A DNA stretch of 60,000 bases from Mobula hypostoma (lineage: Eukaryota). The notes under the pieces are model-generated. The model had not been told where the DNA came from. It saw nothing but the letters and a program-made list of their open reading frames with translations, and searched no databases. The position numbers and the translations under genes are program-made. The stretch lies in assembly GCF_963921235.1 (NCBI RefSeq), contig NC_086108.1, positions 44,518,001 to 44,578,000 of the forward strand, written 5' to 3'. Position 1 is the first letter of the stretch. Every line of letters begins with the position of its first letter. Below, piece by piece: positions 37,985-50,742 of the stretch.

Positions 37985-38062
37985 CTATACAGCCCCATGC
38001 AAGTATAATGCAAGAAACTTGCTGAATGTCTCTGGACAATATCCAGCCAGCCCAGCAGGAAC
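37985..38062 (-). CDS. MRPL37: MRPL37 last exon, VPAGLAGYCPETFSKFLALYLHGAV*
   Basis: ttcctag acceptor; matches the mL37 C-terminus PETFxKFLALYLHGA. Confidence 0.95.
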   Translation of the reverse strand, partial: VPAGLAGYCPETFSKFLALYLHGAV

Positions 38063-38371
38063 CTAGGAAGAAGAAACCAAATTCTGAATATGGATCTGTT
38101 GTTTAATTTACATTTAAAAACATACTTTGTATACTGCCACTGTTTCCAAATAAACTAATTAAGTGTGGGACTCATCTTAAAAATTTAGACAACTTGTGCC
38201 AATCATGAAGAAAGCTTGCTTTGGTCCCTAGTCAGTTTAAAACTGATCAAGTTGCTGTTAAATTGCACATTTAAGTTCATCAAGATGCAGGACTGAAAAT
38301 CACTGCTGCAAAACTGCCATTACTGTTACACCACTTTGAAGTTTTTTTGCCATGGTTCTAATTGTACTTAC

Positions 38372-38575
38372 CTGGACCATTTTCTTTTTCAATATTGGGA
38401 GGCACTTGGCATAGTCATACAGGAGCTGGTCTTGATCCAACCAAATGAGATTTTTTATCCCATCATTTGATTGTAGTTTTGTGGTATTTAATTGGAAAAT
38501 TAGAAACTGGAACAGCCTTCCATTCGTGGCAATGCATTGTACTGTGATGGGATTGTCTAACACCTTTGGTTCTTC
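38372..38575 (-). CDS. MRPL37: MRPL37 exon, EEPKVLDNPITVQCIATNGRLFQFLIFQLNT...LPILKKKMVQ
   Basis: catag / gtaagt; 204 nt; conserved FQLNT and KNLxWxD motifs. Confidence 0.96.
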
Positions 38576-38643
38576 CTATGAGAATGAAAATAAATAGCTA
38601 TTATTCTATCCCAAATTGTAGCTTAAAATGGGGAGAAGATTCT

Positions 38644-40970
38644 AGAACATTTAATTACATAGAACAGTACTGCACAGGAACAGGCACTTCATCCCACAAA
38701 GTTGTGCTGAAATAATTACATTTAGTAATCAAATACCCAACTAATCTAATCCCTTCAATCTACACAATGACCACACCTTTCCCTGTTCACTTGCCTATCT
38801 AAGAAACTCTTGAATGCCTCCTTTGTATTTGCCTAGTCCAGACATCCATTCTGTTTTTAAAAACTTGGCTAATGCATTTCCTATGAGCCTACCACCTCTC
38901 ACCTTAAAAATGTGCTCTTTGGTATTAGACATTTCAAATCTGGAGGGAAAAAAAAGATGCAGGGCGTCTATCCACAAACGAGAAAATCTGCAGATCCTGG
39001 AAATCGAAGCAACATGCACAAAATGCTGGACGAACTCAGCAGGCCAGACAGCATCTATGGAAAAGAGTAGCATTGACATTTCAGGCCAAGACCCTTCATC
39101 AGGACTGGAGAAAAAGGATCCCCACCCCCCCCCCCCCAAAAGTCCTGATGAAGGATCTCGGCCCAAAACATTGACTCTACTCTTTTCCATAGATACTACC
39201 TGGCTTGCTCAGTTCCTCCAGCATTTTGTGTGGGTGTCTATCTATGCCCCTTATGCCCCTCAATCTCATAAATCCTCTGTCAAATCTCCCCTCAGCCTCT
39301 ACTGCTCACAGAAAGCAACCACACATTTATCGAATCTCTCCTCAGCACATGCTGTCTAATCCAGGCAGCATTCTTGAAATCTTTTTTGCCCCTCTTCATA
39401 ACCTCAACATCCTGAATGCAATACTCCACATGACCTAACTAGAGTTTTATAAAGCTGCAATGTAACATTCTAACTCTTCAACTAATAAAAGTCAAGTATG
39501 CTATATCCTTTCTTTATCACCTGAACAACCTCTGTAGCCACTTTCAAGGAACTGTGGCCTTCCTGGCTACCTTGTAACTCCTAGAGCCCTGTCTGATCAC
39601 TAATGCTTAGAAAGCAAGTATGCTTCTTCCTCTCCACTAGATGTTCCACATCTCGTCAACTGTGGTTCCTTCACCCTACCATCTTTTCCCTGCCACAATG
39701 GGACAATCTATCTAGAACCCCATGCAACCTCTATTTCTGTTGTGCATTTCCCTGAGCACATTTGTTACTGAGTTACTGCTAATGGCATCATAATTCTCCC
39801 TCCCCAGTTAAATACTTCTCCATACTGTCCGCTCCTACACCTATCCAAAGCTTATTGTAAAGGTCAGGGAGTTGTGGTCACTGTCTCTGAAACACCTATT
39901 TCAGAGACAGTGTTCTATATTACGCAGGGAAACAGTCTTGGATGCACCAATCCATCCTGGACTTTTGCACTCTGGGCATTGCAGTTGATGCTGGGAAAAC
40001 TGAAATCTGCAACTAGCACTACTCTTACTCTCACAGCAATGTGTAATTTTATCAAGTTCCCACTGACTATTGAGGTATCTAAAATATAGTCCTACCAAGG
40101 TGACCTTCCCCTTATTTCTAAGTTCTACCAAAACAGCCTTGTTAGATGATCCCTCTCAGAATACTATCTAGATACTGCTGTATTGTCCTCCCTTATCAAA
40201 AAAGCATCAGTCCCTACACTCTCACCTGGTGTTTCCTCATGCCTATAGCATTGGTAGCCCAGAACATTGGTTTATTATTGTCACATATACTAAGGTACAA
40301 TGGAAAAACTTGTCTTGCAAAACAGCCACACAGATCAATTCATTGTAATAGTGCATTCAGGTAGTACAAGGAAAAACAATGAGTGCAGAATAAAATGTTA
40401 CACTGTTGTGCAGGTAGATAGTAAGGTAGAAGATCACAACAAGACAGATCATGAAGTCAAGAGTACATCTTACTGGGAACCATTCAAAAGTCTTATAATC
40501 GTACAATAAAAGTTGTCCTGTGCTTCTCTCAGCCACATTTCTGTTGTGACCATAATAGGCCCTAGAGGCAATCCATACCCTCAGTTCATTTGTCTTACCT
40601 GTTAAAACTACATACATTGAAATGGATGCAATTTAAAATAGTGGTCTTATCTGCCTTTTTACTGTAAACAGTGCTATCCTGACTGCTGGGCTTACACTCT
40701 CTAATTGCTACACGTTCTCATCTCCTCACTGACCTTCTCCCTCCAGTCCCACACTCCTGCCAATCTAGTTGAAACGCTGCTTAGTAGCAAGAGCACATTT
40801 CCCCCCCCTCCCCTCCCCCAGGCTCAAGTAAAATCCATACATCTTGTATAGGTCACCTCTACACTGAAGAGATCCTTATGCTCTAATATCTGAACCCCTG
40901 CCCCCTGCACCAGCTCTTTAGCCATGCATCGATCTGGCTTATTTTTCTAGTGGTAGTTAAGACTCCTTAC
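38644..40970 (-). mobile_element. Old fragmented CR1 (3' tail, RT, APE, ORF1 end), interrupted by Penelope termini and a Rex1-like 3' piece (about 40265-40520)
   Basis: CR1 tail near 38650; VELRNKGKVTLVGLYFR (ORF 39901-40131); pieces collinear with the CR1 at 7134-11258. Confidence 0.7.
38973..39231. mobile_element. Inverted pair of Penelope termini with degenerate hammerheads
   Basis: About 39015-39107 is reverse complementary to 39141-39231 around a poly-C spacer. Flanked by GGG(C/T)GTCTATC at 38962-38972 and 39232-39242. Confidence 0.8.
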
Positions 40971-41160
40971 GTTTAATCTACAGTACCTCTATAAATCCAC
41001 ATCTTCCTCTCATCATCTGATTTTCCCAGTGCCCTTTTAGCCCAATGGCATTTGGATTTAACTCAGTGGTTTGTGTTGTATGACAAATCAGGGACTAAGC
41101 AGAAATGGAATTCCCACAATGCCATGTTGTAATAATAGTATTAGAGAGATAGACACTTAC

Positions 41161-41315
41161 CCCATACAAAATCTTGGCCCTTACAAGGGCATTGGCAAAA
41201 GTGAACATAATCATCTTGGCCCTCAATGGCTCTGGTTTGAACAGTGTTGCATTAACAGAGGGATCCGTAATATACAGGGTATGTGCATGAGGAAAAGGGT
41301 ATCCATCCTGGAAAC
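41161..41315 (-). CDS. MRPL37: MRPL37 exon, GFQDGYPFPHAHTLY...LRAKMIMFTFANALVRAKILYG
   Basis: catag / gtaagt; 155 nt. Confidence 0.96.
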
Positions 41316-41796
41316 CTATGAGAAAGCAAGCAGGAGCACAAGCACTGTTTTCTGATACATTATTCAAACAAAGATTCTGCCAAGTTATTTGTCACAATTT
41401 ACTTCCAACAAGTCCATGGTGACTTTCTCAAATCAATCCATTCTTGTCTCAGTACTTGAACCCCACTCCTTTAGCCATGTACTCATCTGGCTTATCTTTC
41501 TAGTGGTAGTTAAGACTCCTGAACTGCAAACTGGATTTACTCCTACACTGTTTTTGAACAAGAATATACCATACATAACATCAGCCCTCATCTCACTTTC
41601 TGTGCAACATTTTAAAATCTCCAACTTTTACCATTTCTGAAATATTAATTGTTTCTCTCCCTACATGTTCACCTGACCTGTGGAAGTCTGTTTTATTTCC
41701 AGTAGTGTACTGTCACTGGCAAATTATGGTTAAGAAACAGTCTCACCAGTAACACTGTAGTATCTGTACTAAAGAGTTTATTGAAAAAAAACTCAC

Positions 41797-41982
41797 CTGT
41801 GTCATTATATACTTTATAGACGTGTGTTTGCTGCAGATCAATATTAGGTGAAATAGGATAGAATGTTGGAAGGGGGTGGTTTTCTGTGCTTAATATCTCT
41901 TTTTCTCCTGCTACGGCTGGTAAAGGTTGCTTACTACTCAAGAGCATTCCATTCAAACCACAAATCCGATATAGGTCAGATT
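41797..41982 (-). CDS. MRPL37: MRPL37 exon, ESDLYRICG...TFYPISPNIDLQQTHVYKVYNDT(G)
   Basis: ttgcag / gtgagt; 186 nt; conserved TFYPISPxIDL. Confidence 0.96.
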
Positions 41983-42249
41983 CTGCAAAGAGAATAAAAT
42001 ATTCAACAATCAATGAACTTAAAAAATGACAACAATCTTGATCAAGTTCATGGCTTGATATTATTCTCTTCCTCATGTCCTTCTGCGACTGCTGTACTAT
42101 TTGACTGCAAGTACATTTACTTCCAGGAGCAGACCAGGTTAACACAAATATTGAAAATCTTTACAAAAATTAAACCCTGAATGAAAAATATACATAGCAT
42201 CTCACCTGTCGTTCAGCAACTTTTGAAATTTCAAGAGTTGCAGAATGGC

Positions 42250-43130
42250 AGGAGTCTCTTATTTATTCATCCATATTTGTACAGTGATCAATCAATTAAT
42301 AGATCACAGATGCAAGTTCAAACCTATACTTTACTGGAAAAGAAGATTCAACTCCACATTTGTTATTTGAACTACCAGAAAACTATATTTAACTTTTAGA
42401 TACAATAAACATACTTCAATTCTATTTGCAACTCCTGAGCAAATGAAGTACACCATGCTTACCCTACACAATATTCAGGTACAAGCTAGTAAGTGCCAGA
42501 TGTCACCACTTCAACTATTTCCAGTAAGAGAGAGTATTTAATCATCTACCCTTAATATTCAATAGCATTACCATTGCTGAAGCTGCCACCATAATCAGCA
42601 TTTTGGATACCACTAACCAGAAGCTCATTTAGACCAACCACTTAAATATTTTGTCTACAAGAGCACATTATTGGCTCCTAGAATGAGCTAATTCATCAAA
42701 GATTCCCCACCAAGTGAAGAGTGCTCTTCATTTGTTTTGACAAGTGCAACTCCGACAATATTCAAGAAATTTGACATCACCCAGAATGGAGTAGCTTGCT
42801 TGATTGTTTCATTACCTTAAATACTCCTTTGCTCTGCCAGTGGCTGCAGTGCATACCATTTATAAATCATACTGCCATTATTCACCAAGGCTGTTCTAAC
42901 TCACCCCCTTATTCCACAAACTCTACCACCAAGGACCAGGACATCTTTCATGTGGGAACACAGAGGATCCCCTCTAACTGTACACTATCATTAGACCTAA
43001 ATTCTTAAGCTGCATCTCCAAGAGCAACTAAAAGTACCTTCATCAGAAAAACTGCAACAGTTCACAAGGGCTGGGTAATACGTGCAGGCCTTAATAATAG
43101 GACCCAGAACCCCAAAAAATCAAAGTAATA
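42250..43130 (+). mobile_element. Ancient, highly degenerate LINE RT/3' relic
   Basis: Weak resemblance to CR1-group RT C-terminal sequence; no clean ORF. Confidence 0.35.
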
Positions 43131-43286
43131 GTGAATTAGTTATCATTGGCTGGCTGCTTCTATTACCCTCTTGCATATTATCTGAAACTACTAGCACAAA
43201 ATATTTGCCAACTCCCCACCCCCCAAATCAAGTACTTATGTGCAATGCACTGAATAAATTTAAAGCACGAAACAAATTTTCTTACT

Positions 43287-44285
43287 TGCCACAGGGATCA
43301 GTGCTGGGTCCATTGTTATTTGTCATCTATATCAATGATCTGGATGATAATGTGGTAAATTGGATCAGCAAGTTTGCTGATGATACAAAGATTGGAGATG
43401 TAGTAGACAGTGAGGAAGTTTTTCAGAGCCTGCAGAGGGATTTGGACCAGCTGGAATAATGGGCTGAAAAATGGCAGATGGAGTTTAATACTGACAAGTA
43501 TGAGGCATTGCACTTTGGAAGGACAAACCAATGTAGAACATACAGGGTTAATGGTAAGGCACTGAGGAGTGCAGTGAAACAGAGGGATCTGGAAATACAG
43601 ATACAAAATTCCCTAAAAGTGTCGTCACAGGTAGATAGGGTCGTAAAGACAGCTTTTGGTACATTGGCCTTCATTAATCGAAGTATTGAGTATAAGAGCT
43701 GGAATGTTATGATGAGGTTGTATAAGGCATTGGTGAGGCCAAATCTGGAGTATTGTGTTCAGTTTTGGTCACCAAATTACAGGAAGGATATAAATAAGGT
43801 TGAAAGAGTGCAGAGAAGGTTTACAAGGATGTTGCCGGGACTTGAGAAACTCAGTTACAGAGAAAGGTTGAATAGGTTAGGACTTTATTCCCTAAAGCGT
43901 AGAAGAATGAGGGGAGATTTGATAGAGGTATATAAAATTATGATGGGTATAGATAGAGTGACTGCAAGCAGGCTTTTTCCACTGAGGCAAGGGGAGAAAA
44001 AAAACCAGAGGACATGGGTTAAGGGTGAGGGGGAAAAAGTTTAAAGGGAACATTAGGGGGGGCTTCTTCACACAGAGAGTGGTGGGAGTATGGAATAAGC
44101 TGCCAGACGAGGTGGTAAATGCGGGTTCTTTTTTAACATTTAAGAATAAATTGGACAGATACATGGATGGGAGGTGTATGGAGGGATACGGTCCGTGTGC
44201 AGGTCAGTGGGACTAGGCAGAAAATGGTTCGGCACAGCCAAGAAGAGCCAAAGGGCCTGTTTCTGTGCTGTAGTTTCTATGGTTC
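43287..44285 (+). mobile_element. 5'-truncated CR1 (RT C-terminal half and 3' UTR)
   Basis: PQGSVLGPLLF, KFADDTKIG, ORFs 43478-44044 and 44025-44216, TTCTATGGTTC tail. Confidence 0.93.
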
Positions 44286-45955
44286 AGTAGTTTTACTGCA
44301 AAGTAAAAAAGTACACCGAGCATAAAAACTTCAAAACATTAATTTTAAGAAAATCAATTTGTTATAATTTTCTTGCAGTTACTGCCATTGCTTGGAGTAA
44401 TTGAATTGAAGTATACAAGAGTATTTGTGGAACAGGTCTTGGATTGAGGGGTTGGCTACATAAACAATACGAGATGCAATTTCTGCTGTAGGGTTTGAAT
44501 TTTCTACCCGAAAGCATCATGGTGGCTAAATCAGGAAGTGTAGTCAAGACCGCAATACAAGACCCGGCTATTCAGCCCACTAAGTCTGCTCCACCATCCC
44601 ATCATGGCTGATTATTTATCCCTCGCAACTCCATTTTCCTGCCTTCATATCTAAAATATAGTTTAGGAATGCAGGGATAGGAGAGTCAAGGATTGAGAAC
44701 AAATTTCAGACCAGCCATGAAAGATATTCAAAGGACTATATGACCTTCTCTTTGCTCACGTTCATTATGTTGTTGTGTACTTAACCACTGGCAAAGCTAC
44801 AGTTAGAAAATTATTTGCCATCTTGAGATCAGACTTTAGAAGTGATAAGACTTTGAAGGAGGTGTGAAAGGATCTGTACCAGAATAAGACCATGGATCAT
44901 TTTGGCAATGATGAGATGATTGAAGATAATCGCACTTACAGCAAAGTAGGCTGCAGTGTGATGGTTTTAAATTAAACAGGAGGGGATTAAAAACTCTTCA
45001 GGCAATAAATTGATAACCAGACGTCTCAAGTTTTAAATAGTGGGCAATAGAATCAGAGGGCAAACAGGAAGAATTTGTTTCACTCAAAAGGGTAGTTAAA
45101 ATCAGGAGTACACCATCAGAAGGTGTTTGACTCAAATCTCTTCAAACATTAAAAAGATTATATGTACTAAAACTCCAATATTCTATTTAGAAATATTAAT
45201 GTTTTGGCATCTGGCTTACCAAGTGATCTTTGCCGCACACCCTTCTGACTCATTAGGGGCACGGTTCCTATCATCCCTTGATACCTGCTGGGGCTCTGGA
45301 TCCTGTCCTCCTGAATCACCAGGGCCTCAATTCCTGCCCTCCCTACAAACTTAGTTCTTTGGAAATTTATCATACTTTGTAACATCTACAAAATGTGAAT
45401 TGAAAGTGTGTTGAGTGGGAATAGCATCCAATAGTCTAGAAAAACTGCTATTCTAGCTCCAAAGACCATAAGACATGGGAGTAGAATTAAGCCAGTCGAG
45501 TCTGCTCCACCATTTCATCATGGTTGATATATTTCCCTCACAACCCAATTCTCCTGCCTTCTCCCCATAACCTTTCACACCCTGACTATTCAAGAATCTT
45601 ATCAACCTCTGCCTTAAATGCATCCAAGCTCTGGACAGGCTGAATTATGGGAGTAAAACTTAGACACATAGAGGAACAACTTTTCAAGATTATAAGTAAA
45701 ATACTGATGTGTTGGATTAAGTTAGATAAGTTTTACAAAAGCAGAGGCCAGGCACAAATTATTCTCAATCTGTGCACTTGAGTTTCCATATTTATGTATT
45801 TTCAGTTTCTATGATATGAACGGACAAAAACGATTTTAAGAAGATGCAGAAGAACATGGCATTTGTAGTTCGTGAGAATGCTACTTAGAAAAAGATTGCT
45901 CTTTCCCTTCCTCTTCCAGCGATTACAACTTAAATAGAAATTCCTGCTGACTAAC

Positions 45956-46071
45956 CTCTCTCCCATGTTACTGATATACGGTAATTTTCAGCCAACATCC
46001 TTTTTCCAAGTGTGGGAAATTGAGGCTGCTGGATCCTGCACAAGTGTAGGAGGTTCTGCATCAGTACAGGG
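45956..46071 (-). CDS. MRPL37: MRPL37 exon, (C)PVLMQNLLHLCRIQQPQFPTLGKRMLAENYRISVTWER(E)
   Basis: tttttag / gttagt; 116 nt; phases match both neighbouring exons. Translated by hand, not in the ORF track. Confidence 0.93.
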
Positions 46072-47064
46072 CTAAAAAAGGAAATAACACAAGAAGAGTC
46101 AAGAAGAATGTTACTTCTCATTCATGCCATTTTGCCACACACCATCACTTCCAGGATGCAAGTCAAAAGTATGAAACTTAACTGGTTCAATAATGTTTGC
46201 TTTTTAAGAAAGTAAACCTGTCAATCCTATCTGGCCTATTCTATGTGTAACCAATACGTTAGTGGAATTGTGAAGGCTGGCAATCCCAACATTCCCAATT
46301 CTATCAACATGAAAATTTTACATATTATGTACATCACATGCTAATTTGGGGCCAAATTGATCTAGTCCCAACTAGGTTGCATGGTAGCAAGGTTATTTCA
46401 CTTGGTTTTCAAACTCTTTCAAATAGTTTAATTCGAAAAGGTTATGGATTGAAGTCCAGTACAACACAGGAAATGGAGTGCCTTCTTTTTAATGATGCAT
46501 TCAGCCAATATACATCTTCCCTCAGGGATACCATATCCATTTCAAAAACAGACAACAAGTAAGTTCTAGTTTCTGGATAATGATAATCGTTCAAACAGCA
46601 TCACCAGTGATGAATTGTTGGTCATTATCTCAGCACCAGTTGAAAAAGCTTGTTTTATGCAAGTTGGCTGTCTTACTCCCTACATTATCACAATTAACAG
46701 CACACCTTGAAATATTCTGTAATATATCCCCGTTCTATTGGTACAGACTGATCTTATACTAGACCTACAGTACTTTGTTACAGTTGTCATCTTAATTTGT
46801 GTAGGAAACTACATTACACCCATGGCAGCCAATTTATGGCAGGAAGAGCAGCAGAAGGAACAATCAAAGTAAAACAGATGCAAGGGCTGTAGAACCAGAA
46901 AAGTAACATGAGCAAGAATGAGCTAGAGGAAAATTAAGGCAACACACATCAAAGTTGCTGGTGAACGCAGTAGGCCAGATTTCCTCATGTTAGAGTAAAA
47001 TTAAGGCACTATTCTTCAGGGAGTGACAGAATGGGAAAAAGTGATTCGAGCTAGAGAGTTGGTT

Positions 47065-47550
47065 AGACCATAAGAAAATAAGACATTGATAGGAGCAAAA
47101 TTATTGAATCTGCTCTGCCATTCCATCATGGCGGACTTATTATCCCTCTCAACCTCATTCTCCTGCCTTCTCCCCAAAACCTTTGACACCCTTACTAATC
47201 AAGAAACTATCAACCACTGCTTTAAGTACATCCAAGTTCTTGGATCCAAAGCCGCCTGTGACATAGAATTTCAGAGATTCAACACCCTCTGGCCAAAGAA
47301 ATCCCTCCTCCTCTCTGTTCTAGATAGATATCCTTATATTCTGAGGCCCTCTGGTCCTAGACTCCCCACTAGAGGAAGTATGTTCTCCATATCTACTCTA
47401 TCTAGGCCTTTTGATATTCAATAGGTTTCAATCAGATTCTTCCCCCCCCCCCCACTCGTTCTTCTAAACACTAGCGAGTACAAGTCCACAGCCATCAAAT
47501 ACTCCTCACATATTAACCCTTCTATTCCTAGGATAATTCTCATGAACTTC
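47065..47550 (-). mobile_element. CR1 3' fragment (similar short tails at about 44550-44650 and 45465-45625)
   Basis: Same GACCATAAGA... tail and RT C-terminal relic as the CR1 at 25261. Confidence 0.75.
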
Positions 47551-48477
47551 AGGTTTTTGGTTGAGAGTAATTATTGTACTTTGTAGTTTAAGGTTTTCAT
47601 ATTTAATTTCCTATAAATAACAAAGGGCAAATGTTCAAGAGAAATCAAAATACTGGCAACGAGGTACGTGATTATCTCCAGATCATAGTGGAAGCTAAAA
47701 GACACCTGAGAAATTTAGAGATTACATATAAAATTGCCATTAGAAACATTTGTCCAGTGTTGATATAAAAGTTATCAAAAAATCTTGATAAAGTAAAATG
47801 ATGCTTGTTGACAAAAAAGCACACACATTTTGAAAATAGAATGAAAGAAAGAGAATTAAGACATTCATTTACATGTTGCATATTTTTTTTTAAACATAAG
47901 AAACCATTCCAAAATACTTAGCAGTCAGACAAAATCAGACACTAAGCCAAAGGAGGAGATATCAGAATTAGTACCTAAAAGCTTTGACAAAAAGACGTTA
48001 GTAAAAAAGAGCCTCAAAGGATATGGCTGATTGCTAGATATAATTTTTAGTCACCCTGTATAATGCATTAATGGGCCTTCCAATATTTTCAACTCATGGT
48101 ACTTAAATCTATAAAAAGTATAACAGCTTTCTACAAAACCATAATTAGATACACTGATAACACAAAAATGACTATCAATTCACTGCTACAACTTCTTAAT
48201 TGCCATTGAGTTGGAAACTACAGAATTAATTTTGACAGAAAACCATGAAATATAAATACAAAAGATTTAACCCAGAGCTGTTTTAAATAATCACTAAGTT
48301 TATGAAAAATGACCTATTTATTTGTGTGAAGTTTGGCTACCCTTGGTTGGTTATAGAGTGGCCCCAGCATTTTGTACATTCAAAGAGTTCCTTTGTCAAC
48401 AACAAAGGCTATGGTATCGCCACATGGAAATGCCTTCTAAACACAACGAAATAGATCATTCTATCAAAATCAAAAAC

Positions 48478-48713
48478 TATTTATTTAGAGATGCAGTACA
48501 ATAACAGGCCCCTCTGGGCCAATAATCTTGCGCTACCTAATTGCACTCATGTGACCAATCAACCTACTAACCAAAGCTTCTTTCAAATCAGAGTACCAGG
48601 AGGAAACCTGTGGAGTCACGGGGAGAACGCACAAGCTTCTTACAGACAGTGGCAGAATTGTACCCGGGTCACAGGTGCTATAACAGCTTAACACTAACCA
48701 CTAGGCTACCATG
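48478..48713 (-). mobile_element. tRNA-derived V-SINE (HE1-like)
   Basis: Minus strand: A box TAGCCTAGTGG, B-box-like GGTACAATTC, V-domain-like GTTCTCCCCGTGACTCC...GGTTTCCTCC, TAAA tail. Confidence 0.7.
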
Positions 48714-49423
48714 AAAAATAATGTGATTTGAACAGCAGTGGTTGTAAAATTGAGATGTTGGTATTAAAAGTTCAATGAGGATAGTTCACCAGCACATTAA
48801 CAATACAAAACTAGTCCAAATCCCGATGAGCAGCAAGATAGAAAAAACAGGCATCATAATATGCCCTATGTTTCTCTCTTGGCTACGGCAGGTCAAAACA
48901 TAAGGAACCAGAAAAACAGAATTAACATGTTTCAACATCAAATCAACTTTAAATGATGTCAAAACTCAGGATTTGCAAGAAATAATTAATATGTGTGATT
49001 GCTTGGAAGATAAAATATTATTACTCTCTGCATAGGCTGATATTAATCTTAGTAAAGTTCATGATTACAGTTAGAGTCTGATTATGGGTTAAATGCAAAA
49101 AAAGTTAAGTAAAACAAAAAATTGCACTAGGTCAAGGATTCATTATAGGGTATTTCATTAGCTTCCTTGTTTCTGTATTTCAATCTGTATGATTTAACAA
49201 AATCCAAATTTCCATAAAATATTTAGTTAATGTGCACTGAGTAACTCAGCAGGCTGATCTACTTTCTAATGCTATTGTCTCTCTTTTCCAGAGGAAAATA
49301 TCCTAGCATTTTACCCACTTTAGATGACATCCATTTTATAACTTACTAAGCAATTCCACCCCACCCCCCCAGAATTATACGAATAAAGAAAACTTTAATT
49401 TTCACATCAGTATATTTGCTTAC

Positions 49424-49607
49424 CAAAACCGATCTCTTTTGGGACGAATTTCAGGGCCACTCCAAAATCGAGCATGACTGATAGCTGCCTGAACACGCTC
49501 ATCCTGATCTTCCATGCGATATGCAGGATCTTCAGCTATGCCTACTAACTGCTTTGGAAGGCTATCTATCAACTTAGACTTGGTCAGCCAAAGAGCTTGT
49601 TTAACAC
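49424..49607 (-). CDS. MRPL37: MRPL37 exon (probably coding exon 2), GVKQALWLTKSKLI...ISHARFW...PKRDRF(C)
   Basis: ttttag / gtaagc; 184 nt; GVKQALWLTK signature. Confidence 0.96.
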
Positions 49608-50179
49608 CTAAAAACATAAATATATAATAATACATAAAAACATTTAAAAAATTACACTACTGAGACAGAACAGCAAGATCACCACTATAATATTTATTAT
49701 TAATATAGATATTAATACATTGGAAGTAGCATTTTAGCTGACTCCAATTTTATCAGTTTTAACTGGAACAATCATTGGATTTACTTTGACAATAGGCTGA
49801 ACCACGTCCACAAGTTTACTCAACAAAATTTCCAGAGCTTAAATGTTTTTTATACATTAATGCACTCAAATATTCAAAAACTTTTAGTAGTATGTCTATT
49901 TTTAATAATGTTATTTTTTTAATGAATTTTTTTAAAAACTCTTCAAATATACTTTAATTAATTTAATTAAAGGTGTAAATCATCTTGTACTTAACCCTTC
50001 ATCTTCATTCTCCTGCATTTAAATAAATGCACTCAGTATTCTGAACCATCTAACTTAGTCCAGGAAAAGTAAGATAATTTAACCAGCAGTGAAATGTAGA
50101 TGTTTATGCTTCTCCATCTGACTACAGAAGAGGTCAGCAGAGAGCAGTGGTGCTATCTGTTTTTTTAGTTTACCTTATT

Positions 50180-50660
50180 TTAAAGTTCAAGTTTATTGTC
50201 TTTTAACTATATACATGTATAATCGCAAAACAAAACGACATTCCTCCAAAGGTGCACAAAACAGTACATGTAACTCAAACACAAAATAGAAGTAATATTA
50301 CCACAAATAAGCTAATAAATGATAAAGTGCATTTACTACTCAAGTTAAAAACAAGTATAGTGCTACTGACGCTTCATACGTGATGAGACCTGGATGGAGG
50401 CAAGGAGTTCAGTAGCCTCACAGCCTGGGGGAAGAAGCAACACTCACAACACACTGGTACTGACAAAGGATTCTGGCCCAAAACGTTGACTGATCGTTTC
50501 CACGGATGCTGCCCGACCTGCTGGGTTCCTCCAGCGTGTTTGTGAGTGTTGCTTTGACCCCAGCATCTGCAGAGTATTTTTGTGTTTACTGGGGGAAGAA
50601 GCTGTTTCCCATCCTAACAGTCCTTGGCCTAATGCTACAGTACCTTCTGCCTGATGGTAG
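50180..50660 (-). mobile_element. Rex1/Babar-like 3' fragment interrupted by a Penelope terminus
   Basis: AAGTTCAAGTTTATTGTC tail and GGGGAAGAAGCTGTT...CTTCTGCCTGATGGTAG, shared with 55782-56475. Confidence 0.6.
50439..50588 (+). mobile_element. Short Penelope-terminus insertion with 14-bp TSD
   Basis: CTGGGGGAAGAAGC at 50425-50438 and 50589-50602; degenerate hammerhead; short inverted 5' segment. Confidence 0.8.
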
Positions 50661-50698
50661 GCAATCAACACACATAACACGCATTATCATTGTATCTT

Positions 50699-50742
50699 TG
50701 TGTGTGTGTGTGTGTGTGTATATATATGTGTGTGTGTGTATA
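50699..50742. repeat. Compound (TG)n(TA)n(TG)n microsatellite
   Basis: Read directly from the sequence. Confidence 0.9.
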
